From Methylophilaceae bacterium (GTDB taxonomy: Bacteria; Pseudomonadota; Gammaproteobacteria; Burkholderiales; Methylophilaceae): a DNA stretch of 64,000 bases. Below are positions 55,520 to 64,000 of the stretch, in pieces. The notes below the pieces were generated by a model. The model was not told the origin of the DNA, ran no database searches, and was given only the letters and a program-made list of their open reading frames with translations. Where the stretch lies: NCBI GenBank assembly GCA_028247015.1, contig JAOKFJ010000004.1, positions 652 to 64,651 on the forward strand. The letters run 5' to 3'. Numbering within the stretch: the first letter of the stretch is position 1; every line of letters starts with the position of its first letter. The position numbers were made by a program, and so were the translations under genes.

Positions 55520-58042
55520 ATGCAAAAATTATTGATTGTTGAGTCACCATCAAAAGCTAAAACGATTGGAAATTACCTTGGTAAGGAATATCAAGTTCTG
55601 GCATCGTATGGACATATTAGGAACCTTCTTCCAAAGTCACAGGGCATCAACACTGATACATTCGAAATGAACTATGAGATTAGCCCTAGAAATAAAAAAC
55701 ACATAGATGCAATTTCCAATGCGGTAAAAAAATCTGATGAAATCTTACTGGCAACAGATCCAGACAGAGAAGGAGAGGCGATTGCATGGCACATTGCAGA
55801 AGTTTTAACCTCAAAAAAATTAGTAGGCAATAAAAAAGTCAGTAGAATTATTTTTGGAGAAATAACTAAATCAGCCATTACTGAAGCATTAAATAATCCT
55901 CGTGAAGTTGCTCAGCCACTTGTTTATGCTCAACAGGCTCGACAAGCATTAGACTATCTTATTGGTTTTAATCTTTCCCCCTTATTATGGTCAAAAATAC
56001 GATATGGGCTATCAGCTGGAAGAGTTCAAAGCCCTGCCCTTAGATTAATTGTTGAACGTGAACAAGAAATAGAAAAATTTGATAGTCTCGAGTATTGGAG
56101 TATTCACCTCGATGCATTAAAAAATAAATCTAAATTTTCTTCAAAATTAACTATTTTAAACGATGAGAAATTAAAGCAATTTACTATTACATCTGCGGAA
56201 CAAGAAAAAAAAATAGTAGGAGAGTTACTCCTTAAGAGTTCTGGCAAGGTAAATGTATCGAGGGTTGAAAAAAAACAAAGGGTAAGAAATCCTACGGCTC
56301 CATTTACAACATCTACCCTTCAACAAGAAGCTGTTCGGAAACTTGGATTTACTACACGTAGCACTATGATTACAGCGCAACAACTCTATGAGGGCATTAA
56401 TATTGAAGAAGGCACAGTTGGTCTGATAACATATATGAGAACAGACTCAATGAGCCTATCAAATGAAGCGACAAATCAAATAAGAAAATATCTAGAATCA
56501 AATTACACTAACGAGTACTTTCCACAAAAAACAATTGGTTATAAAACAAAAGCAAAAAATGCACAAGAAGCTCATGAAGCTATTCGGCCAACAAATATTG
56601 AGAGAACACCACAAAGTATAAAGAAATTTTTATCGGACCAACAATTTAAACTTTATGAAATTATTTGGAAGAGAACATTAGCATGTCAAATGTCACCAGC
56701 AGTATTCGATGCCGTGAGTGTAGATCTAGAGGTTGGTAAAGGAGAAAATGTTTTTAGAGCTACTGGGCAAACACTAAAATTCGCAGGATTTATGTCGGTC
56801 TATTTAGAAGAGGAGGATGACTCAAAAAATAATGAAGACAATGAATCAAAACTACCTCCCCTAGAAGTTGGTGATATATTAGCTGTAGATAAAATTATGG
56901 GGATTCAACATTTTACGGAACCACCACCAAGGTTTACAGAAGCAAGTCTTGTAAAAACATTAGAAGAATTTGGAATTGGAAGACCATCAACTTATGCAAG
57001 TATAATCACAACCTTGCAAGAAAGAGACTATGCTCTTTTAGAAAAAAAACGATTTATGCCAACAGATGTTGGAAAAGTTGTAATCGAATTTCTAACAGAA
57101 CATTTTGAAAATTATGTTGATTATGATTTTACAGCTAATCTAGAATCTCAACTTGACGAAATTGCAGCAGATAAAAAAAATTCTCTTGTTGTGCTCCAAG
57201 AATTTTGGGATGTGTTTATATCAAGGATTAAGGAAAAAAGTGACTTAGATAGAACAAAAATTACTCAAAAAGAAATTGGGGAAGATTGTCCTAAGTGTGA
57301 AAAACCCTTGCTTTCCAAGCTAGGTAAAAGAGGTAATTTTATTGCCTGTTCTGGTTATCCTGATTGTGATTTCACTAAAAGCTCAAATGGTGATCTACCT
57401 CAAGAACCAAAAGTAATAGCTCAAGATAAGGCCTCAAAAAAAGACATATTATTATTAATTGGGCCTTATGGGCCATACCTCCAATTAGGCCTTCCTAATG
57501 AAGGAGACAAATTAAAACCTAAAAGAGTCACTATTCCTCCTGAAGTTGCACTAGCTGATTTAGATGAGGTCATAGCTAAGCAATTAATATCTCTGCCAAG
57601 AGATTTAGGAATTCATCCAGAAACAGGTCAAAAAATTATAGCTAATATTGGTCGTTTTGGGCCATACGTTAATCACAATGGAAAATTTAAATCTATACCA
57701 AAAACTGAAAATATTTTTGAAATTACCCATGATTTTGCTGTTGATTTATTAAAGCCCTTAAGAAAAATTGGGGTAAATCCAGATTCAAAAAGCTCAGTTG
57801 AAATATATAAAAGCCGCTTCGGATTTTATATTCAAATGGATAGTACTAAGGTTAATCTTTCGAAAGATACTGATATTGATGCTATTTCATTAGAAAAAGC
57901 TTTAAAACTTTTAATAAAAAAGGCTGAAGAAGAAGCCAAGAAGAAGCCAGCCGCCAAGAAGAAGCCAGCAGCCAAGAAGAAGCCAGCCGCCAAGAAGAAG
58001 TCAGCTGCCAAGAAGAAGCCAGCCACCAATAAGAAACCATAA
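55520..58042 (+). CDS. topA: DNA topoisomerase I
   Basis: IVESPSKAKTI, DPDREGE, SAGRVQS, ITYMRTD, AQEAHEAIRPT; one Zn ribbon, Topo_C-type repeats, Lys-rich tail. Confidence 0.98.
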   Translation: MQKLLIVESPSKAKTIGNYLGKEYQVLASYGHIRNLLPKSQGINTDTFEMNYEISPRNKKHIDAISNAVKKSDEILLATDPDREGEAIAWHIAEVLTSKKLVGNKKVSRIIFGEITKSAITEALNNPREVAQPLVYAQQARQALDYLIGFNLSPLLWSKIRYGLSAGRVQSPALRLIVEREQEIEKFDSLEYWSIHLDALKNKSKFSSKLTILNDEKLKQFTITSAEQEKKIVGELLLKSSGKVNVSRVEKKQRVRNPTAPFTTSTLQQEAVRKLGFTTRSTMITAQQLYEGINIEEGTVGLITYMRTDSMSLSNEATNQIRKYLESNYTNEYFPQKTIGYKTKAKNAQEAHEAIRPTNIERTPQSIKKFLSDQQFKLYEIIWKRTLACQMSPAVFDAVSVDLEVGKGENVFRATGQTLKFAGFMSVYLEEEDDSKNNEDNESKLPPLEVGDILAVDKIMGIQHFTEPPPRFTEASLVKTLEEFGIGRPSTYASIITTLQERDYALLEKKRFMPTDVGKVVIEFLTEHFENYVDYDFTANLESQLDEIAADKKNSLVVLQEFWDVFISRIKEKSDLDRTKITQKEIGEDCPKCEKPLLSKLGKRGNFIACSGYPDCDFTKSSNGDLPQEPKVIAQDKASKKDILLLIGPYGPYLQLGLPNEGDKLKPKRVTIPPEVALADLDEVIAKQLISLPRDLGIHPETGQKIIANIGRFGPYVNHNGKFKSIPKTENIFEITHDFAVDLLKPLRKIGVNPDSKSSVEIYKSRFGFYIQMDSTKVNLSKDTDIDAISLEKALKLLIKKAEEEAKKKPAAKKKPAAKKKPAAKKKSAAKKKPATNKKP
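57935..58039 (+). repeat. Tandem 18-bp repeat GCCAAGAAGAAGCCAGCC, five copies plus one degenerate copy (AKKKPA)
   Basis: Units start at 57935, 57953, 57971, 57989, 58007 and 58025 (partial). Confidence 0.95.
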
Positions 58043-58047
58043 AAAAG

Positions 58048-58923
58048 CTACGAGGGAGGATTAAGTTTAATGTCTGATTGTGTAATTTGATTTTTCTTGT
58101 AATTATTTTTTTCCATCCACTTCTTCACTCTATTAGCATCTCCAAGCCTAGTATATTTTCCATGTGATTTAAGAAATACCATAATAATAGGCTTATTATT
58201 TATTGTTGTTTGCATTACCAAACATCTTCCTGCCTCTCTTATAAAGCCTGTTTTTGATAGTCCAATATCCCAAACTCCTCTTCTTACTAATCTATTTGTA
58301 TTCATGAATCCTAATGGGGAATTTCTTTTTCCGATAGTAACTTTCTCACTAGGTGTAGTAGTGATTTGACGGATTAATTTATATTCATAGGCAGCTTGAG
58401 CCATTTTTACTAAATCTTGTGCAGTAGATATATTTCGTTTATCAAGTCCTGTTGGGTCATGGAATTGACTATTCTCCATTCCTAACTGGATTGCTTTGAC
58501 ATTCATAGCCTCAATAAATGCCTTTCTACCCGAAGGATAAGTCCGACTTAATGCATATGCAGCACGGTTATCGGATGATATAAGAGCAACTTTTAATAGC
58601 TCAAGTCGACTTAAGGTTGAGCCAATAGGTAATCTTGATCTAGTCCACTTTACTTTATCAATATCTTTTTTTGAAATTCTTACCTCCGCTGATAAATCTA
58701 GGCCAGAATCTAATATAACCATAGCAGTCATTAGTTTAGTTAATGATGCGATTGATGCTTTCTGTTTTGAGTTTTTTTTATAAATTATTTCGCCACTTTG
58801 CTGATTAACGACTATTGCCCTTAATGATCGAACCTTAGGGTCATTAATTTTTTCTTTAGAGTATGTTTGGGAGGTAATACAGAATAAAAAAATAATTAGA
58901 AAGCTACTTAATATTTTACTCAC
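58048..58923 (-). CDS. pbpG: D-alanyl-D-alanine endopeptidase (PBP7, peptidase S11)
   Basis: SxxK (SLTK), SDN, KTG motifs; signal peptide. Confidence 0.9.
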   Translation of the reverse strand: MSKILSSFLIIFLFCITSQTYSKEKINDPKVRSLRAIVVNQQSGEIIYKKNSKQKASIASLTKLMTAMVILDSGLDLSAEVRISKKDIDKVKWTRSRLPIGSTLSRLELLKVALISSDNRAAYALSRTYPSGRKAFIEAMNVKAIQLGMENSQFHDPTGLDKRNISTAQDLVKMAQAAYEYKLIRQITTTPSEKVTIGKRNSPLGFMNTNRLVRRGVWDIGLSKTGFIREAGRCLVMQTTINNKPIIMVFLKSHGKYTRLGDANRVKKWMEKNNYKKNQITQSDIKLNPPS

Positions 58924-59002
58924 TAATTTAATCCTTATTTAATATACTAAAATGATGATATACAATTAGGGTTATGTTGTCACTTTTTAAATTATTAAAA
59001 TT

Positions 59003-59380
59003 ATGAATTACTTAGAAGAGCTTTTTTACACTAAAGAACATGTTTGGCTAAAATATATTGATGGTAATAGATACCACCTTGGTATAACCTATTTTGCTCA
59101 AGACTTATTAGGTGATATTGTATTTATTGATATAAAGTCCAATGAAAAAATATTTACCAATCAGCCAATGGGCATAATTGAATCAGTTAAGACAGCTTCA
59201 GATATAATCGCGCCAGTCGATGGGGAAATATCAAATATCAATCAAGACCTTATTCAAAATCCGGAACTTATAAACGATAAGCCTCATGAGACATGGATAT
59301 GCGAGATAATTATTAATGATATATTTAATAAAAATAGTTTTTTAAATAAAGAAGAGTACCTAGAGCAAATTAACAATTAA
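59003..59380 (+). CDS. gcvH: Glycine cleavage H / lipoyl carrier protein
   Basis: EHVW, GITYFAQDLLGDIVF, IESVKTAS (lipoyl Lys). Confidence 0.9.
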   Translation: MNYLEELFYTKEHVWLKYIDGNRYHLGITYFAQDLLGDIVFIDIKSNEKIFTNQPMGIIESVKTASDIIAPVDGEISNINQDLIQNPELINDKPHETWICEIIINDIFNKNSFLNKEEYLEQINN

Positions 59381-59788
59381 ATTTTTTGCATCTATTGAAT
59401 TTACTTTGTACCCGCAATCCTTATAAAATTTAAATCGTTCTCTTCCTTTTTCTTTAGTTATTTCATCATCTGTAACTAACTCAATCAATTTTAAGTATCG
59501 ATTAAACCCATCAATCATAGAATTGGAAAAATTTATTAAAGTATCATCCATCCAATCAATTCTTTTATTAGATAAAAGAATCACCTCATTTTCACAGGGC
59601 TTATTTACAGTATGAGGGAAAAAATTTAATCCAGAATTTGACCATAAATTTTCTGACAAAGCTGCTATTTCAGATTGATCCCCACAAAAAATTAAACTTG
59701 TTTTCTTCTTGTGCAAATTATGAAGAAGTAGACTATGTAACAGTGTCGATTTATCTTTTACATTAAAAATAAATTGAACATTAGTCAA
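59360..59788 (-). CDS. holC: DNA polymerase III chi subunit (divergent)
   Basis: LW...FFPH, GRERFKFYKDCG; downstream of pepA. Confidence 0.82.
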   Translation of the reverse strand: MTNVQFIFNVKDKSTLLHSLLLHNLHKKKTSLIFCGDQSEIAALSENLWSNSGLNFFPHTVNKPCENEVILLSNKRIDWMDDTLINFSNSMIDGFNRYLKLIELVTDDEITKEKGRERFKFYKDCGYKVNSIDAKNLIVNLL

Positions 59789-59792
59789 AAAA

Positions 59793-61268
59793 CTACTTCC
59801 CAGCCCTTTTAATTAAAAATTGGCTAAGAAGAGGAACAGGCCTACCAGTTGATCCTTTTTCCTTACCGGACTTCCAGGCTGTCCCAGCAATATCTAAATG
59901 AGCCCAATTAAACTTTTTAGCAAACCGTGACAAGAAACATGCAGCAGTTATACTTCCACCAGCTCTTCCGCCAATATTAGCCATGTCTGCAAAATTACTG
60001 TTCAGTTGTGGCTGGTATTCTTCCCACAATGGCATTTTCCAAGCTTTATCTAATGCTCTAATGCCTGCAACTTCTAGCTCTGTAGATAAGGGATCATAGT
60101 TTGAGAATAATCCAGTCGCATGATGTCCTAATCCAATCACGCAGGCTCCTGTAAGTGTTGCAATATCAATAACTGTCTCAGGTTTATACCTTTCAGCGTA
60201 TGTTAGGGCGTCGCAAAGTATTAAACGTCCTTCGGCGTCTGTATTTAATACTTCAATAGTTTGTCCAGACATGCTTGTAACAATATCGCCTGGTTTTAAG
60301 GCTAATCCATCAGGTAAATTCTCGCATGATGGAATAATTGCAATAATATTTAGTGGTAAATTTAAAGCTCCTACTGTTTTCATTACACCCATTACTGAAG
60401 CAGCTCCACCCATATCGTATTTCATTTCATCCATATCTGCAGATGGTTTTATAGAAATTCCTCCAGCATCAAATGTTATTCCTTTACCCACGAGTACAAT
60501 TGGTTTCTGGTTCTTAGGTCCCTTGTTATGTTCTATGGTTATAAAACGAGGTTCTTCACGGCTACCTTTAGCTACCGCTAAAAAAGAACCCATCTTAAGT
60601 TTTTCAATTTTTTTCTGATCAAAAATACTGACTTTAAATTTATATTCTTTCCCCAATTTAGTAGCTACACTTGCAAGGTATTTTGGTGTACATATATTTG
60701 GTGGTAAATTACCTAAATCCTTAGTTAGATTTCCACCTTCCATCACAGCCTCACCATATTTTATTCCAGTTTTAACTTGGTTTAAATCACTGCCACTATA
60801 ATGGATAATAGTTTGAAATATATTCCTCTTAACTTGATTTAGAGTCTTAAGTGAATTAATAACATACGATGCATCTATTAGGCCTCTTACAGAATATTCA
60901 GCCACTGCATGTGAACTTAAGGATGCATTTATAAACTGATTGATAGGTAACAATAAAGTTTTGAACTTAAGAGACTTTAATTCATTAGCAATAGTTAAAA
61001 TTACGCTGTAGAGCTGATCTGAAGCTAAGGTTTTTGGATTACCTATTCTAATCAATAAGACTTTAGGATAAAAATGATCTCCATGAACAACTCTAGCTGA
61101 ACCAAACTTCTCTGAAATATCTCCGAGTGCCAGAACATTATTCAAGTAACTAACCGTTTTCTTATTAAGTTTTGATGAATCAATGATTCGATTTTTATCA
61201 TCTATCCCTAATGTGATAACATCGCATGATATCTTTGTGATTAAATCTGTTTTAATATTAATTTTCAT
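59793..61268 (-). CDS. pepA: Leucyl aminopeptidase (M17)
   Basis: VGKGITFDAGG, MKYDMGG, NTDAEGRL. Confidence 0.98.
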   Translation of the reverse strand: MKINIKTDLITKISCDVITLGIDDKNRIIDSSKLNKKTVSYLNNVLALGDISEKFGSARVVHGDHFYPKVLLIRIGNPKTLASDQLYSVILTIANELKSLKFKTLLLPINQFINASLSSHAVAEYSVRGLIDASYVINSLKTLNQVKRNIFQTIIHYSGSDLNQVKTGIKYGEAVMEGGNLTKDLGNLPPNICTPKYLASVATKLGKEYKFKVSIFDQKKIEKLKMGSFLAVAKGSREEPRFITIEHNKGPKNQKPIVLVGKGITFDAGGISIKPSADMDEMKYDMGGAASVMGVMKTVGALNLPLNIIAIIPSCENLPDGLALKPGDIVTSMSGQTIEVLNTDAEGRLILCDALTYAERYKPETVIDIATLTGACVIGLGHHATGLFSNYDPLSTELEVAGIRALDKAWKMPLWEEYQPQLNSNFADMANIGGRAGGSITAACFLSRFAKKFNWAHLDIAGTAWKSGKEKGSTGRPVPLLSQFLIKRAGK

Positions 61269-61308
61269 CTATAAATGTCCTTAAAATTATTGAAGCAACT
61301 GTTTAGCC

Positions 61309-62433
61309 ATGTTATTTAAGTCATCATTGACTAAGGAACTTTTTTTTACCGCTCTTTCTACAATTCTAATACTATCTGGGATAGTAGTAGCTCAGAGAGC
61401 AGTGTATATTTTCCGACTGGCAGCCAAGGGTATTATACCTAACGATACTGTAGATACGATCCTAGTTTTTAACTTATTGAAACATCTTCCTCTTCTTCTA
61501 TCACTCACTATTTTTCTTGCGATTCTTTTAACCTTAAGCCGATGGTATAGGGACAGTGAGATGATTGTTTGGTTCAGCGCAGGGCTGAGCTTACATAATT
61601 TATTAAAGCCCATTTTAATATTTAGCCTACCAATTATTTTACTAATTGCATCATTATCTTTATATATAAGTCCTTGGGCAGTTCAAAAATCAGAAGAATT
61701 TAAAAATGGCTTAAAGAATAGAGATGAATTAGCAACTATCGCGCCAGGGTCGTTTAAAGAATCAAAAAGTAATAATCGTATTTTTTATGTTGAGGGATTT
61801 AGTGACCTTGGTAGCAGTGTTAATAATATTTTTGTTCAAATGAAGCAAAATGGAAAGGTTGGAGTAATTGTATCTAATAAAGGTAAAAGAGTAACAAATA
61901 ATAAAGGTGAAAATTATATTGTGATGAAAGATGGAAAAAGATATGAAGGACAAGTTGATAGCAATGAATTTTCGACAACAAAATTTAGTGAATATGGAAT
62001 TCTAGTTGAGAAAGATGTACCTAAGCTAATAGCCGTAGGGGCAAGTGCCGGAGTTCTTGAAGCTAAATCAACTATGGAGTTATTATTTACGCAAAATAAA
62101 GATACTCGAAACCCTTACATTGCTGAATTAATGTGGAGAATATCTTTACCAATATCAGCCGCAATGCTTATATTGCTCTCAATATCCTTGAGCTTCATTA
62201 ACCCAAGAACTGGTAGGTCTGTGAATATCATGATTGCATTATTACTCTTTGTGATATACAACAATTTGATGGGTGTATCTCATAGCTTAGTATCAACAGG
62301 AGTAATCTCTATCTGGTTTGGTTACTGGCCTATCCACCTTATAATTGGATTATTAGGCGTGTATTTATTATATAGAAGATCATTACATTTACCCCTTTTC
62401 CCGCAGAAAATTAGAAAAAAACGAAGAAATTAA
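61309..62433 (+). CDS. lptF: LPS export permease LptF
   Basis: LSRWYRDSEM, AELMWRISLP; divergent from pepA. Confidence 0.94.
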   Translation: MLFKSSLTKELFFTALSTILILSGIVVAQRAVYIFRLAAKGIIPNDTVDTILVFNLLKHLPLLLSLTIFLAILLTLSRWYRDSEMIVWFSAGLSLHNLLKPILIFSLPIILLIASLSLYISPWAVQKSEEFKNGLKNRDELATIAPGSFKESKSNNRIFYVEGFSDLGSSVNNIFVQMKQNGKVGVIVSNKGKRVTNNKGENYIVMKDGKRYEGQVDSNEFSTTKFSEYGILVEKDVPKLIAVGASAGVLEAKSTMELLFTQNKDTRNPYIAELMWRISLPISAAMLILLSISLSFINPRTGRSVNIMIALLLFVIYNNLMGVSHSLVSTGVISIWFGYWPIHLIIGLLGVYLLYRRSLHLPLFPQKIRKKRRN

Positions 62434-63501
62434 ATGATACTTACTAGATATCTCAACAAAGAATTTTTTATTAGCATCATTATGATAATGCTTGGTTTAA
62501 TTGCATTATTTTCTTTTTTTGATTTTCTTCATGAAATTAATGATCTGGGTAAAAATAAATATGGTCTCTCCCAAATTATAATATTTGTCATCTTAAGTAT
62601 TCCTGGACATATCTATGAAATTATTCCTTTATCTGTACTTATTGGAAGTATGTATGCCATTGGCCAATTATCGCAAAATTCAGAATTAATCGTAATGAGA
62701 GCTAGTGGTCTATCAATCAGAAAAATTGCAGCGTCTTTGTTTTATGTAGGTTTATTTTTTTCAATTTTTACCTTAGTTATTGGTGATTTAATTGCTCCAG
62801 GCTCAGAAAAAAATGCCCAACAACTTAAAATTAGTGCTACTGACTCAAGTGTTAGTCAAGAATTTAAATCAGGGTTTTGGATTAAAGATGGTAATAATTT
62901 TGTCAACATTGAAAATGTAATGCCAGATGCCTCATTAAGAGATATTCATATTTATGAATTTGATAAAGATTTTAATCTAAGAACAATTACTAATGCTAAA
63001 AAGGGTATTTTTGATAATGGGCAATGGAAATTAGAAGATATTTCTCAAACAGTATTTAGCAATAATCTTGTTAAAACAAGTTCAATAGTTAAAGGAAACT
63101 GGAAATCTCTAATTAGACCAGAAATGATGAATGTACTTATTATTTCACCAGAAAAAATGGACACATTAAATCTGTTCAAGTTTATTGACTATTTAAAGAT
63201 TAATAATCAAAAAACAACTCGCTATGAAGTAGCTTTATGGGAGAAGATTATTCATCCAATAATCCCGATTGTAATGCTTATTTTTGCTGTCCCATTTGGA
63301 TTTTTACAAGAAAGATCAGGAGGAAAATTTTTAAAAATGTTTATTGGGATTTCTGCTGGAATAGCCTACCAAATTTTCAATACAATGATCAGACATTTGG
63401 GCCTATTAAATGATTGGCCGCCCTATCTGAGTGCATTAATTCCAACATTAATATTTCTATTGATTGGTCTATATTTAATATTTAGATTTGAGTATAAATA
63501 A
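62434..63501 (+). CDS. lptG: LPS export permease LptG
   Basis: SELIVMRASGLS, WIKDG; follows lptF. Confidence 0.94.
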   Translation: MILTRYLNKEFFISIIMIMLGLIALFSFFDFLHEINDLGKNKYGLSQIIIFVILSIPGHIYEIIPLSVLIGSMYAIGQLSQNSELIVMRASGLSIRKIAASLFYVGLFFSIFTLVIGDLIAPGSEKNAQQLKISATDSSVSQEFKSGFWIKDGNNFVNIENVMPDASLRDIHIYEFDKDFNLRTITNAKKGIFDNGQWKLEDISQTVFSNNLVKTSSIVKGNWKSLIRPEMMNVLIISPEKMDTLNLFKFIDYLKINNQKTTRYEVALWEKIIHPIIPIVMLIFAVPFGFLQERSGGKFLKMFIGISAGIAYQIFNTMIRHLGLLNDWPPYLSALIPTLIFLLIGLYLIFRFEYK

Positions 63502-63883
63502 TTTCAGTTCCTAGTAGCTTGTCATGAAGGTAACGTTTTTTTTCAAAAAAAATATAGAGGTAGCCTATAGCAAAAAAACTCAGGCTAATTGATGCCAGAA
63601 AATATCGCGCAACTAAATAACTAAAATTTCTTTTTTTTCTTGGGAAGATCAGCTTAAGCTTCCAAGCTTTCATTGCTAATGTCTGGCCACCATAAAACCA
63701 TGAAAGAATAAAATATATCCCTGATGAAGCCCATAAAATAAATCGTAAGGAGTTTGAATTTTCCGTCAAATCAACTTTTAATATAGCCAGTACAAATAAT
63801 GTCACAATGAACCATAATGCAACTTGAATTATTGCCTCATAAAACAGACACGCATATAGTCTTCCAACAAAGTTTATTCTCAA
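63482..63883 (-). CDS. RDD family membrane protein
   Basis: R..ACLFYE, GGQTLAMKAWKL, LHDKLLGT. Confidence 0.85.
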   Translation of the reverse strand: MRINFVGRLYACLFYEAIIQVALWFIVTLFVLAILKVDLTENSNSLRFILWASSGIYFILSWFYGGQTLAMKAWKLKLIFPRKKRNFSYLVARYFLASISLSFFAIGYLYIFFEKKRYLHDKLLGTEIIYTQI

Positions 63884-63904
63884 TTTAAGTGAGTCTCAAT
63901 TTTC

Positions 63905-64000
63905 TTATCCATAATGTGTTTTAATTTTATGGAGTATAGGAATCAGTAATAAACCTATTAGACAGCCAAGACCTGTGCCTAAAGCTAAGGACCAATTTAA
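63905..64000 (-). CDS. C-terminal fragment of a probable membrane protein (5' end beyond window)
   Basis: Open frame ...LNWSLALGTGLGCLIGLLLIPILHKIKTHYG* with a hydrophobic segment. Confidence 0.45.
   Translation of the reverse strand, partial: LNWSLALGTGLGCLIGLLLIPILHKIKTHYG

Noticed and set aside
57832-58029. Antisense ORF with FFLAAG repeats
   Set aside because: Reverse complement of the TopA lysine repeat
57935-58039. Possible CRISPR or other repeat array
   Set aside because: No spacers; an in-frame coding tandem repeat; no cas genes

Overview
AT-rich, very compact core-genome segment of a betaproteobacterium. It is probably a streamlined Methylophilaceae (OM43/Methylopumilus-like); this is an inference from infA lying between secY and rpmJ, the RpoB insertions, the 4-Cys S4, system II cytochrome c biogenesis and gene order. 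Positions 1-29.5 kb (minus strand) hold the ribosomal superoperon: secE-nusG-rplKAJL-rpoBC, str, S10, spc and alpha, ending in a partial rpoA. Then come five tRNAs (Thr-Tyr-Gly-Thr-Trp, with no tufB), petABC-sspAB, tatABC, the his operon, murA-grxD-bolA-yadGH-mlaFEDCB, c4-resB-ccsA, yihA, trmB, a pteridine reductase-ttcA pair, topA, pbpG, gcvH, holC-pepA, lptFG and an RDD gene. I found no mobile elements, CRISPR arrays or rRNA, and no clear novel multi-gene system. Small genes missed by the ORF track are rpmJ, rpsQ, tatA and a DUF2256-like Cys4 microprotein. The most notable oddities are: a frameshift in an A8 run of rpsQ; L36 with an extra Ala-Cys-His tail; tRNA-Thr(GGT) with C55; the Cys4 microprotein and an apparently leaderless hisB promoter inside the his operon; structured leaders before rplN and rplC; grxD inserted between bolA and murA; an AAG-coded lysine repeat on TopA; and an orphan gcvH.
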